In this document: positions 13,242-24,560 of the stretch, in pieces
Layout of the letters: every line of letters begins with the position of its first letter
Position numbering within the stretch: position 1 is the stretch's first letter
Made by a program: the position numbers and the translations under genes
Notes under the pieces: generated by a model
Told to the model about the DNA's origin: nothing
Database searches by the model: none
The model's input: only the letters and a program-made list of their open reading frames with translations
Assembly (NCBI GenBank): GCA_032718475.1
Contig: JAUCBJ010004292.1
Location: 1 to 64,000 of the forward strand
From: Nemertoderma westbladi
Lineage: Eukaryota; Animalia; Xenacoelomorpha
Length of the DNA: 64,000 nt
Direction: 5' to 3'

Positions 13242-14952
13242 CAGCGTCTGGAGTGGGTGTGTGATTATGTTATTTTATATTTGTTTTTATTATTTTTATA
13301 TTTACGTATGTATTATTATGTAATTTTATTATAATCGTTTTCTTTAATTTTATTTAGCAGAATGTTATTTTAGCGATTATTTAGTAGATTAGTGCAATAT
13401 ATACTCGTGTTTATTACTTAATTACTTATATTATATATATAGTGCAACGGCGAGAAATAATTCTTTTTTCTCTTTCCTTACTGTCCGTATCATATTATAA
13501 ATGCGTGACTACAGTAAGATGAAATATCCGTACTTATTAAAGTACAATAAAGCTCCTACTATACTCAAGTATTATTGGTAAGTAGAGTATTGGGAATGCA
13601 AAGTTCAGATCCTCGTGTCTCGGCTAAACCAAGCTCTGGGTAGACCTTGGAAACGACTTGCCTCTTCTCACTGACATTGCTTCTTGCAATATTGCTCTCA
13701 TACCGTATATTAAATAATACATATAGTAGAGTGATGTCCCTTTAACAGTAGCGTAAAACGCAAAATAAATCTGTTAAACCCTTTGACCAGCTGCCATTCT
13801 AGTCGATTAAGATATCGCGGCACCCACCGATATACTTGAAAGACAAAATTCTAGAATCAGTGGTTAACGTCCCCAGACAAGTTCTGGAATAAATCGGTGC
13901 CCATCTTAAATATTAAATATTTAATAAATAATTGTAAAATCTGTCAAAACAAATATAATAGAGTAAATGCTTACAAGTTAACTCTAGAAAATCTATAAAT
14001 CAAAATCTGTTAAAATTTAGATCCTTTAAAATTCTAGTCGATTAAGATATCATAGCACTTACCGATACTCTTAAAAAGACAAATTTTCTAGAATTAAGGA
14101 TCCTAGTCCCCAGACATGTTCTGGAATAAAATTGGTCTATTTTAATATTAAATAATAAAATTTACGGGAATAAATTTAAATTCACATCCTCTCATGAATT
14201 TGATAAATTGTCATTTTATACAATTTATAACATTCCCAAAATTCCATTAATTAATAGATCATGGGAGCGGAGATTCACCCTATTAAGTATATTAGTGTGA
14301 GAGAATCTCCAATATATAGTCAATAGCCGATAAAATTCATAAAATCATGTATAAAGGGGAATATTGACAATTAAAGAATTATTATTAAATAGCATCCCAG
14401 ATCTGTATGCATGAGAATTACCCTAATTGTACTGCTAGCTTTCCATAATGTCACCATGGCAACAACCACGCTAGAATTAGAAGTGAGTTAAAAGAACAAT
14501 AAAAAGCTTGCCCCATTGAATAGCATACGGAATAAATAGCGCACTGCTAGTATCCAGGGATACATAATAATAACGTGGCATTCTGGAAGGCACTTGACTA
14601 ACGGACAAATGGCCCGAATGTGTACAATTTGTGACAGTTGTGTGGAATTTGTGCGTTTATAGGTGAATGTTACTACTAAAGTGTGTTTACCGTAGCGAGT
14701 CACAGTTGTGAAAGTAGCCCTACCTCTGTAGTAAGAACCTGAAGTAAATCAAAGCCCTTGGGACGGACAGTGGAGTGACTCGCGCTGGTTGTTGTTGTCG
14801 TTGTGTAGCTACTATATTGGCGATAGACACAGCGGCGACAGTACATCAGCGCTGAGGAGCTTGCGCTGTCCGGGGGCATTGAGGGGGAGGCAGCAACGAC
14901 CGCTAGCCTAAATTATAATTAATTATAATATCGATAAACTCATATAGCAGCT

Positions 14953-16506
14953 ATGACTGAGTTGATAGAAGATGATCTTGGTATCAGGGAGCGATATACC
15001 CTACCATTGCAAGCGTTTGTTGATAGTTTAATACGCGGCGACGCTAGTCCACCCACTACGGAGGACGATGGCCGTTATATCGAACCGCCAATGTCAAAGG
15101 AACAGCTCACGCGTGAATTGGACTATAGAAAATTCACCGTTCGCTATACGCATCGTAATGGTACGTATATAGACTTCTTTACTACTGGCCATCCTATCGA
15201 TTTACACGATATGGACGCTGTAGACACCGAAAGGGAAATGATCCTATTTAAATATCATACCCAGCGGAGTCGGAACGATAAACTGAGAATCGAACACGAA
15301 AATTCTATTCGAAACCAACTCGAAAGAGAAGACGTTAAAGAACCGGATAAACGCAGTGACTTCAACGTATATTTGGAATTCTTGAGAAAGACATTGTAAA
15401 ACTGGAGAAAGATCACCAGCGTTTCCCCTACAAGACGTGCGTCTTTGGTATTATTACGATGAATGCCCTAGACCCAACCAACACACGGAAAGACATAAAT
15501 ATCCACGGAGACGTTGCGTTAAACACAGTTTTACTCGCTATATTTACGGGAGTTTCGAGCGAAACTTGTTCGACGTATCACCTACGCTCGCTCGACTCAA
15601 ACGATCCTTAAATAAACCGACGATCAGAGTTCCGGAATACTCGGTCAGACCTCCTCATTCCCTGGTGAGACCTCAGACTCTTGATCCTAATAGTATGATG
15701 GATCCTCCTGAGTTGTATTCATTGTTCAAAGATCTAGTGTTACCCGAGCAATTAGCCGGTGGCACTCCGGTTGTGGGCTCCCTAGATATTTGCCCATCCT
15801 ACCTAGCCGGATTGGGACGCGGACATTTAATATCGCCGTTCAATCCGTATAATCGTCCCGGTTTAACCCCGATACAACTTGTCACCGAGGTGGAGGAGAG
15901 AGTTGTACGAAATGCGTTAGACACTATTCAACTAAAGATCAGAAAAGGAACCTATGATTGTTTAGAGAAACGTAAATTGCAGCAGCAAGTCCAAGCGGTA
16001 AACGAATTAGCTTTATCTCAATTCGATCGGGAAATCCAGAATCTCTAAGAAGATATCGAACTTGGACGACCCTACTCTCCGAAAGAGTTTTGGATGAATG
16101 TTTCCAACGACCAGCGGAGGAAAATCAGCTCAAGGAGAAGCATATCGATTTCGACAGAGCCCGAGAACGCGAGTCGGAAAGAACCATCAAACCGAGGAAA
16201 TTTCTCACTACACATGGTCCACCTACCGCTCTCGTGCAGACGATTTGTCAGGGACCAGTAAGAGCTGTTGTCTTGAAACGTGCTCTGAAGGTTGTTCAAC
16301 CTCGCTCCACTGAGGTTGATACCGGTCGGCCGGGTACCTCGACCGGCGTATACACCGACCGTAACCCTAAACCTTCTGATGCAATTGTATTGCACCCTTC
16401 ACCTAGGAGTTATAGCCCTCCTAGTAAAGTGGCTCGCCCCAAAGAGAAAAGGACTCTTGCTAGCCTCCAAAAACTGCGTAAACGCCGTTTGCGTAAGAAG
16501 GACTAA
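14953..16506 (+). pseudogene. Extra 3' ORF region (ORF3) of element A, unknown function
   Basis: Three consecutive ORF pieces homologous to 33367-34888; ends KLRKRRLRKKD about 70 bp before the PPT. Confidence 0.7.
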
Positions 16507-16576
16507 CTGTTTAGAGTATTTTTATATTTTAGAAACTGTGATTTTTTATATTTTATAGAATTAAATCTCATTTTCT

Positions 16577-16584
16577 GGGAGCGG
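16577..16584 (+). promoter_or_regulatory. Polypurine tract of element A
   Basis: GGGAGCGG immediately 5' of the 3' LTR; identical in element B (34959-34966). Confidence 0.8.
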
Positions 16585-17748
16585 TGTAAAAGCTTTTGCG
16601 GATATAACCAGTCATTTTCTCCGCAATATACCGTGTAGGTGCTTTAGCGGACATAACAAGCCATTTTACCGCAATGCGCTTAATACTCTAAAGACTGGAA
16701 CTCAGATGACGAAATCTGTCAGCTGATTTACTGTAAACGTGGAACATCTCTTTGTTCAGCTCGCTCAGCTCAGCCAATCAGAGCGATTTTCATTTTATCT
16801 TGTACAGAGGCCTACGGAAAACCGCGCAATGCATTACGGTCTTTGTTTTTTACCTTTCTGAGCGAGAGAACTGCTTGGAAATTCTTCTGTACTTCTGTGT
16901 TAGAAGTTTCAGACTTTGACCTAAACATCAGAAACATCAGATGGCTTTGATTACAAGAACGTAAAACTATTAACTGAATCATACTTCATATCTGAATCAC
17001 TGAAACAAAGCGATTCAACTACCGCATCACACCGCAATTCATGCATTGCTGCACATGGAACACTGCATAAGTAACACATACTGACTGTTCACCGCATTAT
17101 TTGATTCTGTTATAAATTGGTGTTATGTTGGTGTATATTGCTGATATATTTGGAGAATACCGATAAATAATCATAAAACCCCCAATCTTCTTGATTACTA
17201 AAGGTTAGAGGAACAGGTTTACCGGTAGCAACTGCGACTTACATTATAATGGTTTTTGCGTGAATTAAATGCTATTTCATGATCCCTACATGTGTCAGTT
17301 GCGATCCTCCTTATATATGATCAAATTCAGTGACGGTCGGCAGATCAGTGTGCAGTAGTGTGAAGTCGTGTGAAGTAGTGTGAAGGTTAATAAAGCATCT
17401 CCTAAAGAATGCGCTTTTTACGAAACTCAGTAGCCATCCAGTTGTGATTAGTATAAGTCATAACTCTGTTTTTATACTTAAAGCGCCACGTCCTAAAGGA
17501 ACTGTTAATATTTCCCCGAAAGTAAATATATTGTCAGAGATTATATATTAACGATCAATCGAATAATACAGTAGGTCTACACTGCAATCGCTATCAAAGC
17601 ATTCGAATCCAGTCTCCCTTAACTGTGGGTGAATGGTCGTGCACAGGCTGGCTTCGGCTGATGTACCTTCAGTACATTAAATAATTGATATACAAAAAGA
17701 CAATTCAAATTGGCAGGTTAAACTGCTAAAGGTCTAAAAGCGCGAACA
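16585..17748 (+). repeat. 3' LTR of element A (1164 bp)
   Basis: Direct repeat of 4123-5346, followed by TSD GATAT. Confidence 0.95.
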
Positions 17749-18259
17749 GATATATTCACAATAGCGGATAACAGTATTGATACCGGTAATAGTAACTGAA
17801 CAGCCAATGTTGTTGATGGTGATGGTGACGGTGAAACAATATCGCCCGTCTGCACTGAAACTGATAACTGAGTAAACTGATTGATAAACCGGTAGCAAGT
17901 AGATAATATACGACACACCAATATTACTTCACTGCTACATTACTTTGGCCTCTTACCTAGTGGATGCTCTCCCTCGCCCTTATTGGCTAATAACCTACTT
18001 CACGCCTCTCCACTCTCTGGGAGTGTTTCCCCCTTGTTGCTAGCCCCTGCTAGCTGTCTCCCCTTCCGAGGTGGTTTGACCTCTAACCTCCCTTTGTGTG
18101 TGGCTTTGGGGTTTGCTGTTGGTTGTGATACGAGATTTGTTACTGCTAATCTCGTATCTCCAACATATTGCTGAAAATGCCACTATCCTATTTTATGAGG
18201 GTAATTCGGCGGAATTGAATCCGCTTACATTTATAAAATAAAATGTTTGCAAATTTATC

Positions 18260-18615
18260 TTATTATTTAATAATTAACATTTATTCTCAATGGCCCTTCT
18301 TTTTTTTACAGAATTTTGGTTATTTAATAATTAACATTTATTCTCAATGGCCTTTCTTTTTTTTTTTACAGAATATTGGTTATTTTATAATTAACATTTA
18401 TTCCCAATGGCCCTTCTTTTTTTTTTTTTTTTTTACAGAATATTGGTTATTTAATAATTAACATTTATTCCCAATGGCCTTTCTTTTTTTTTTTACAGAA
18501 TATTGGTTATTTAATAATTAACATTTATTCTCAATGGCCTTTCTTTCTTTTTTTTTTTTACAGAATATTGGTTATTTAATAATTAACATTTATTCTCAAT
18601 GACTCTTCTTTTTTA
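18260..18615. repeat. ~60-bp AT-rich tandem repeat, about 6 copies, variable poly-T
   Basis: Unit TTATTTAATAATTAACATTTATTCTCAATGGCC(T)nACAGAATATTGG. Confidence 0.9.
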
Positions 18616-19739
18616 TTCGATTTGATGTAACCCTTTTCTGTTATTTGATCCATTTGAGGAGTTTACTCAAAGAAAGGTTAATGAAATATAATTAACATTC
18701 AATCGGGTCTCATCTTTAGGTAAATTTATATTTATTTTTAGGTAAATTACTTGCTAGGGTGACACAGTTCTATTTCAAGGGGTTGGTGGAACAGGAGTTT
18801 TATAGCCCCGAATGACATTAAAAAGATGTTGTAATGGATGTAGTGTAGACTTGTAATGGATCATTGTGACGCCCTTAAGTCGGCCTGCCACTACCTTAAA
18901 CAGTTCTATTTGGCCTACACCCAGCCAAAGGGGTAGGTGGGGGGGGGGGGGGGGGGTTGCAAAAATTAAATATATAAATATAATTGTAAGGAAACCAAGA
19001 TCAACCACGTTAAATAAAAATTATAAGAAATTACACAAGCTTTCGAAATAATATAATATTTCTTTTTCAAGTGATTTAAATAATTAAATAAATAAAATGT
19101 ATATATATATTATGTTTATGAGTTTGTTGCGAATAAAAGATATAATAATTATTAATACTCAATGCCTTCGATGTCCTTGTATAATTCCGTGGACGCAATT
19201 CTAATCCGCCCCCTCCAGGGGAAAATCGACGCAAATAACAGCTGATTAATCTCAAAAATAAAACTGTAATGTCTTCTATAGATAGTAGTTTATTGTTTAG
19301 GTTATAATAACATGCGACTGTAACCTGCTACTTTCCCTTAACCCTTTCCGGCCGACTGTATATTTTTGTATACACTGAATTTATTTCACTACGAATTGCA
19401 TAATTTTAACTAATTATAGTTGGTTTCATCCAATTGTGGCACTATCACACTTCCTTTACTTATAAATTACCGATTCTGATTGGATAATTGTAGTAGAAGG
19501 CTTCAATGAACGATTTTAGATGCCGTGTTTTCAGGTATTGACATGATGACTACCTGGTATAGGAAAGATGGTTATTTAAACGCTTTGGCAAAGCGATATT
19601 GAGAATTTTGATTGGGTATTCCAAAGATGGATTGTCCAATGAGATAATAATACTTCCAGGATAAACTTTACAGTACATGTAGGCTGGTAGTGTTATTGAT
19701 AAATCACTGTATACATTTGTCTACGTTAGGTTTATAAAG

Positions 19740-20622
19740 TTGGGGAGTAGAAGTGGTGCAGCCACAGTTGTGGAGTAGATGTGGTGCAGCACCGTTGGGG
19801 AGTAGATATGATTCAGCCACCGTTTGGGTGATGTGGTGCATCCACCATTGGGGTGTAGGCCTAGATGTGGTGCAGCCACCATAGGGGAGTCGATGTTGAC
19901 CATTGGGGTGTAGATGTGGCGCAGCCACCATGGGGAGTAGATGTTGACCATAGGGTAGTAGAGGTGATGCAGCCACCATTGTGGATAGATGTGGTGCAGT
20001 CACCATTGTGGAGTAGATGTGGCGTAGAACCATAGGGGAGTAGATGTTGACCATTGGGCCTTGGGAGTAGAAGTGATGCAGCCACTATTGGGGAGTAGAT
20101 GTGGCGCAGTCACTATTGGGCCTTGGGAGTAGATGTAATGCAGCCACAATGGGGAGTAGATGTGGCGCAGTCACCATTGGGGAGTAAATCTAGCACACCC
20201 ACCATTAGGGAGTAGATGTGATGCAGCCACTATTTGGGAGTAGATGTGGCGCAGTCACCATTGGGCCTTGGGAGTAGATCTGATGCAGCCACTAATGGGG
20301 AGTAGATGTGTCGCAGTCACCATTGGGGAGTAAATCTGGCGCACCCACCATTGATAAGTAGATGTGGTGCAGCCACCATTGGGGAGTAGATGCTGACCAT
20401 TGATGAGTAGATGTGGTGCAGCCACCATAGTGGAGTAGATGCTGACCATTGATGAGTAGATGTGGTGTAGCGACCAATGGAGTAAATGTTGACCATTGGG
20501 GAGTAGATGTGGTGTAGCCACCATATGGAGTAGATGTTTACCATTGGGCCTTGGGAGTAGATGTGATTCAGCCACCATTGGGGAGTAGATGTGGTGCAGC
20601 CACCGTTGGGGAGTAGATGTTG
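19740..20622. repeat. Degenerate ~22-35-bp minisatellite
   Basis: Core GGGGAGTAGATGTGGTGCAGCCACCATT repeated about 30 times with variants. Confidence 0.9.
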
Positions 20623-21647
20623 TACACCCACAGTATACAGGCAGGGCAGATAGACATACAAACAATTGAAAAAAGTCAGTCAATACTGTTTTTTTCAAAC
20701 TTGAACAAAACTGACAGAAAAAAACCTTCACTGTATAATTCTTCATTTTAAGTTTTTTGTCGCACTGTGTTACTTTTAAACAACGTGTGTTGTGAAAACA
20801 CACAAAATTATAAAATTTTGGCATTTTGGCAAATTTCACAGTATTGACAGCTTTTTATTACCAAAAAACATAATTTAAATTTTTATAATTAAAATTGCCT
20901 GCTCGTTGCATGCTTTGTTTATTCTACATATATATATATATATATAGAGAGAGAGAATATACTTACTATACGATTTATGTATGTAAGTACTTACAATCTA
21001 GAGTTCGTATACAAAAGTATACATTGGGAACATGTTTCATATACCTAACGTATACTTTTGTATACAATAAAAAAAAAACATTGGAAATAATTTTTTGAAA
21101 ATTTTTTCATCGAAAATTATTATTTGGTGTATAATTAACCCATTAACAAGACCCTGACCATAGGTCAGGTCAGGTCCCCAGATCCTGCTACCACTATGGC
21201 AGTAATGTGGTACTACCTGTAGCTGCCAGCCCAGTAGGGCAGGCCCGATAAGCATAGCCTATTCATTATTTAGTTGATCAAGAGTGGGTTGGTTCAGCCC
21301 CGTCAACTAAATAAGTCATTGAGGGCTATAGCGCCTAGGGCACCATTGAAGGCAAAGGCTTGATACGCATCTGCATTAGAGATGATACACGCCCCGCCCT
21401 GTCTATACTGGATGCTCCTCTACCAGTGTAGGTAACCTAACCCAGGAGGCACACTTGGTTCAGGGTGTAACAAAAGGACCCCTACAGTCAGCAGCAGGGC
21501 TGTAGGCCATAGATAGGCAGAAGGTAATCAACCAACGGCTAGACATGCTGACAAGGTCGGCGGAAGGTAATCAACCAACGGCGATCTACTGCGAAGACGC
21601 TTGTAGGAGTTGCGACCACAAGCGGTTTACTCCCGCAACTGAAAGAT

Positions 21648-23371
21648 TTGAGTATGAGAACCCTCCAGGAGAAATACCGGCTCGGTCGTCGCCCGGGTCA
21701 ACAAGGACCGCGTCCCCCAGTGGTACACCAGGCTGGGGTCGATAAATTGGCTACTGGAACAGAAGACCGAGAAGAAAGAAGAACCAACCTGTTGAAATGT
21801 AAAAAGACACTAAAGATTGCTACAATGAACGCACGCACGCTGAAAGCACATACCAAACAGGGTGACATGGTCACTCTGGCAATGGAGTATAACATCGACA
21901 TCATCTGCATCCAAGAACATCGGATTTGTCATGAAGACACTGCCATGAAGTACAATGACATTGGAAATGGATGGACGTTAGTAACAAGCTCAGCAGTAAG
22001 AAACTCGGCCAATGCATCAATTGGTGGAGTAGGAATTCTGCTAAGCCCATTTGCACTTAAGACCCTAAACAACATCGAATCTATAAATTCCAGGGTTATG
22101 ATCGCAACATTTGATGGGAATCCCAAGGCAACAGTTATATGTTGCTACAGTCCAACCAATGCCTCAGAGCCAGAACAAGCAGTCAAGTTTTATGAAGAAC
22201 TTACTGGACTTATAAAGGACATTCCGAAACACAATGTTAAAGTCATTGCTGGTGACCTGAATGCCCAAATTGGCCCAGAAGACATCAAGGGTTAAACCTA
22301 TAACACCAGTTCTAACAGAAATGGGTACTTACTTTTAGACCTAAAGGAAGAATGTGAATTGATACCAACAAACAACATTTTCGAAAAGAGTAAGGGGAAG
22401 CTATGGACCTTTCAATACCCTATTGGAACCAAAGCACAACCGGATTACATCCTTTTAAACAAAAAGTGGAGAAACAGCATGATCAACTGCGAGGCATACA
22501 GCTCGTTCAACCTAATTGGTTCGGACCACAGAATTGTGACTGCAGAGATCAGACTCAGTTTGAGAGCCAGCAAACCCAGGACAAGCAAGCAAATCAAATA
22601 TGACTGGGAAAAACTCATAACTGACAATGCTGTAAAGGATGCTTATACAGTAGAAGTTCAAAACCGCTTTGAAGCACTTCAGTCAATGGATGAAGACCAA
22701 TCCACCAATTCAATATACCAGAATATAATAACAGCCCACAAGGAATCAGCCAAGAGGCATATCCCCCAGAAACCCAAACGAAAACAATATGTGCCATGGC
22801 AAAACTCTGAGGTTACTTGTAAGAGAGAAGATCTTAAGATAGCCTACAAAGTTAAAACCGAACAACCAACAACCGAAAACATTAACAAGGTTGAGAAAGC
22901 AAAGGACGATCTTAAATTGGCCAGGAACATCAGCCAGGAAAAGTACATACAGGATAAAACTGAAGCAATTACAACTGCTCACATACAGCAACAATCAAGA
23001 CTTACCTGGCAAACTGTAAATGAGGTATCTGGTCGGAAAAGTTGTGCAAAGGGGCGCCTCAAAGCCGATAGTCCTGAAGAACGTGTTGGGAAGTGGAAAA
23101 ATCACTTCAGCAAGTTGCTTGGGCAGCCACCAAACATCGAGGTCAGCCCTACAAGGAAAATATATGACAAGACACTACCTATAGAAACAGGGGACTTCAC
23201 ACCTGCCGAACTCCAAAGAAGCATTAAAAGCATGTCCAATAATAAAGCGAGTGGATTAGATGAAATCCCAGCGGAGGTATGGAAAACCGGAGTGCTAAAC
23301 AGACCATTATTGAATGTTTGCAACCGGATGTTAAAAGGGGAAAAGCCACCACCAATTTGGACTAAAGGTGA
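21648..23371 (+). pseudogene. RTE ORF 5' part: APE endonuclease and linker
   Basis: IATMNARTL, CIQEHR, GGVGILL, YSPTN, AGDLNA, PDYIL, SDHRIV, KASGLDEIPAE; in-frame stop at 22293-22295. Confidence 0.9.
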
Positions 23372-24549
23372 TGTAAAAGCTTTTGCGTCATTAACCGGTT
23401 ATTTTCCCTTAAAGTACTCTGTAGTTGGTTTGCCGGGCATAAAAAGGCCGTGTCCTTGCTGTACTGGTGTTTTAGAGGACATAAAAGTCATTTCTTCTGT
23501 ATTTGTACTGTATTTGTACTTTAGAGGACATAATCCGCAATCTCGTGACGCGATAAGCTGGATACTCTTGAAAACAGTGTCGCTACCATGACGACGGCTA
23601 ACAGCGTGCCACGTCGACGTTTCTTTGTTTCTTTGTTCTCTCGTTGTTCGGTTGACCAATCAGAGCGTTTTTTGTCTCTGTGTTGGAGGTGTATACAGAA
23701 CTCAGTAATTCAGTGTTATGTTTTTGCCCAGAGCCTAAGAACACCGGCTTTTGGCATCTCCGTATATCAACATTCTTTAGCTTTACATTAGTAGGCTTAA
23801 TTATAGAACGTATATCTGTTATCTTAACTAATCATACAAAATCAAACCCTACTTACTTATCATACATATCTATGCAATTCATATCTTGCATTACTGCTTT
23901 GCTGTTGGTTATTCGTTATATTTGTTGATGAATTATTATATCGGAATACTGATCAATAGTCAGACACCCCACCTTCTTGATATACTAAAGGTTAGAGAGA
24001 CCGGTTACAGATAAACGATTGCGACCTATGTTGAGTGGTTTGAAGTGAATCTAATGCTATTTCATATGCCCAACATAAATTGTCTGTTGCTCTCTTTATA
24101 CGTGACTAAATTTAGTGAAGGTCGGCAGATTAGTGTGCAGTATTGTGCAGCATTGTGTATGATTGTAACTGATAACAAAGCATCTCCTAAAGAATGCGCC
24201 ATATACATTAATCTATAGCCTTTTCGTTGTGACTAGTTTAAGTCATAACTCTGTTTACATATTTAGAGCGCCACGTCCTAAAGGAACTGTTAATATTTCC
24301 TGAAAGTGAATAATATTTGTCAGAGATTATATATTACGATCAGTCGAATAATACAGTAGGCTTACACCATCAATCATTAAGCTCCGAACTCAGTCTCCCG
24401 GGTATATCCAACGGGTGAATGATTGCGCATAGACTGGCTTCGGCTAATGTAGTGTATCAAATACTCGTCATAAGCTAAAGAATATATATCATCCAAAAGA
24501 CATTCTAATTTGGCAGGTTAAACTGTCAAAGGTCTTAAAAGCGCAAACA
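23372..24549 (+). repeat. 5' LTR of element B (1178 bp)
   Basis: TGTAAAAGCTTTT...AAAAGCGCAAACA. Confidence 0.95.
23812..23822 (+). promoter_or_regulatory. Putative transcript 5' end / self-primer of element B
   Basis: ATATCTGTTAT is the exact reverse complement of 24550-24560 and follows AGAACGT, as in element A's 3' LTR. Confidence 0.7.
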
Positions 24550-24560
24550 ATAACAGATAT
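24550..24560 (+). promoter_or_regulatory. Non-tRNA primer-binding site of element B
   Basis: ATAACAGATAT abuts the LTR end, has no TGG, and is complementary to 23812-23822. Confidence 0.7.

Larger units (their letters stand above)
4123..17748 (+). mobile_element. Non-autonomous BEL/Pao LTR retrotransposon (element A)
   Basis: Two ~1.2 kb direct repeats TGT...ACA; 5-bp TSD GATAT (4118-4122, 17749-17753); purine tract before the 3' LTR; gag/protease homology; collinear with element B. Confidence 0.95.
1..18229 (-). mobile_element. Degenerate BEL/Pao LTR retrotransposon (element C), running off the window start; 5' LTR interrupted by element A
   Basis: Minus-strand gag fragments. A putative LTR starts TGTAAGCGGATT (18229, minus) and ends ...GATCCCGTCACA (3958), an imperfect terminal inverted repeat. 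The two halves rejoin across the GATAT duplication. There is no second LTR in the window to confirm the boundaries. Confidence 0.7.

Noticed and set aside
14953-16506. env gene call for ORF3
   Set aside because: No signal peptide, transmembrane anchor or Cys-rich glycoprotein pattern.
19338-19360. piggyBac-like left end (TTAA CCCTTT)
   Set aside because: No matching right end or transposase found in the window.
19704-20839. His/Pro-rich minus-strand ORFs
   Set aside because: Translations of a degenerate minisatellite in several frames.
23399-23928. Short ORFs duplicated at 34994-35528
   Set aside because: They lie within the LTRs; the duplication reflects LTR identity, and they are not conserved in element A.
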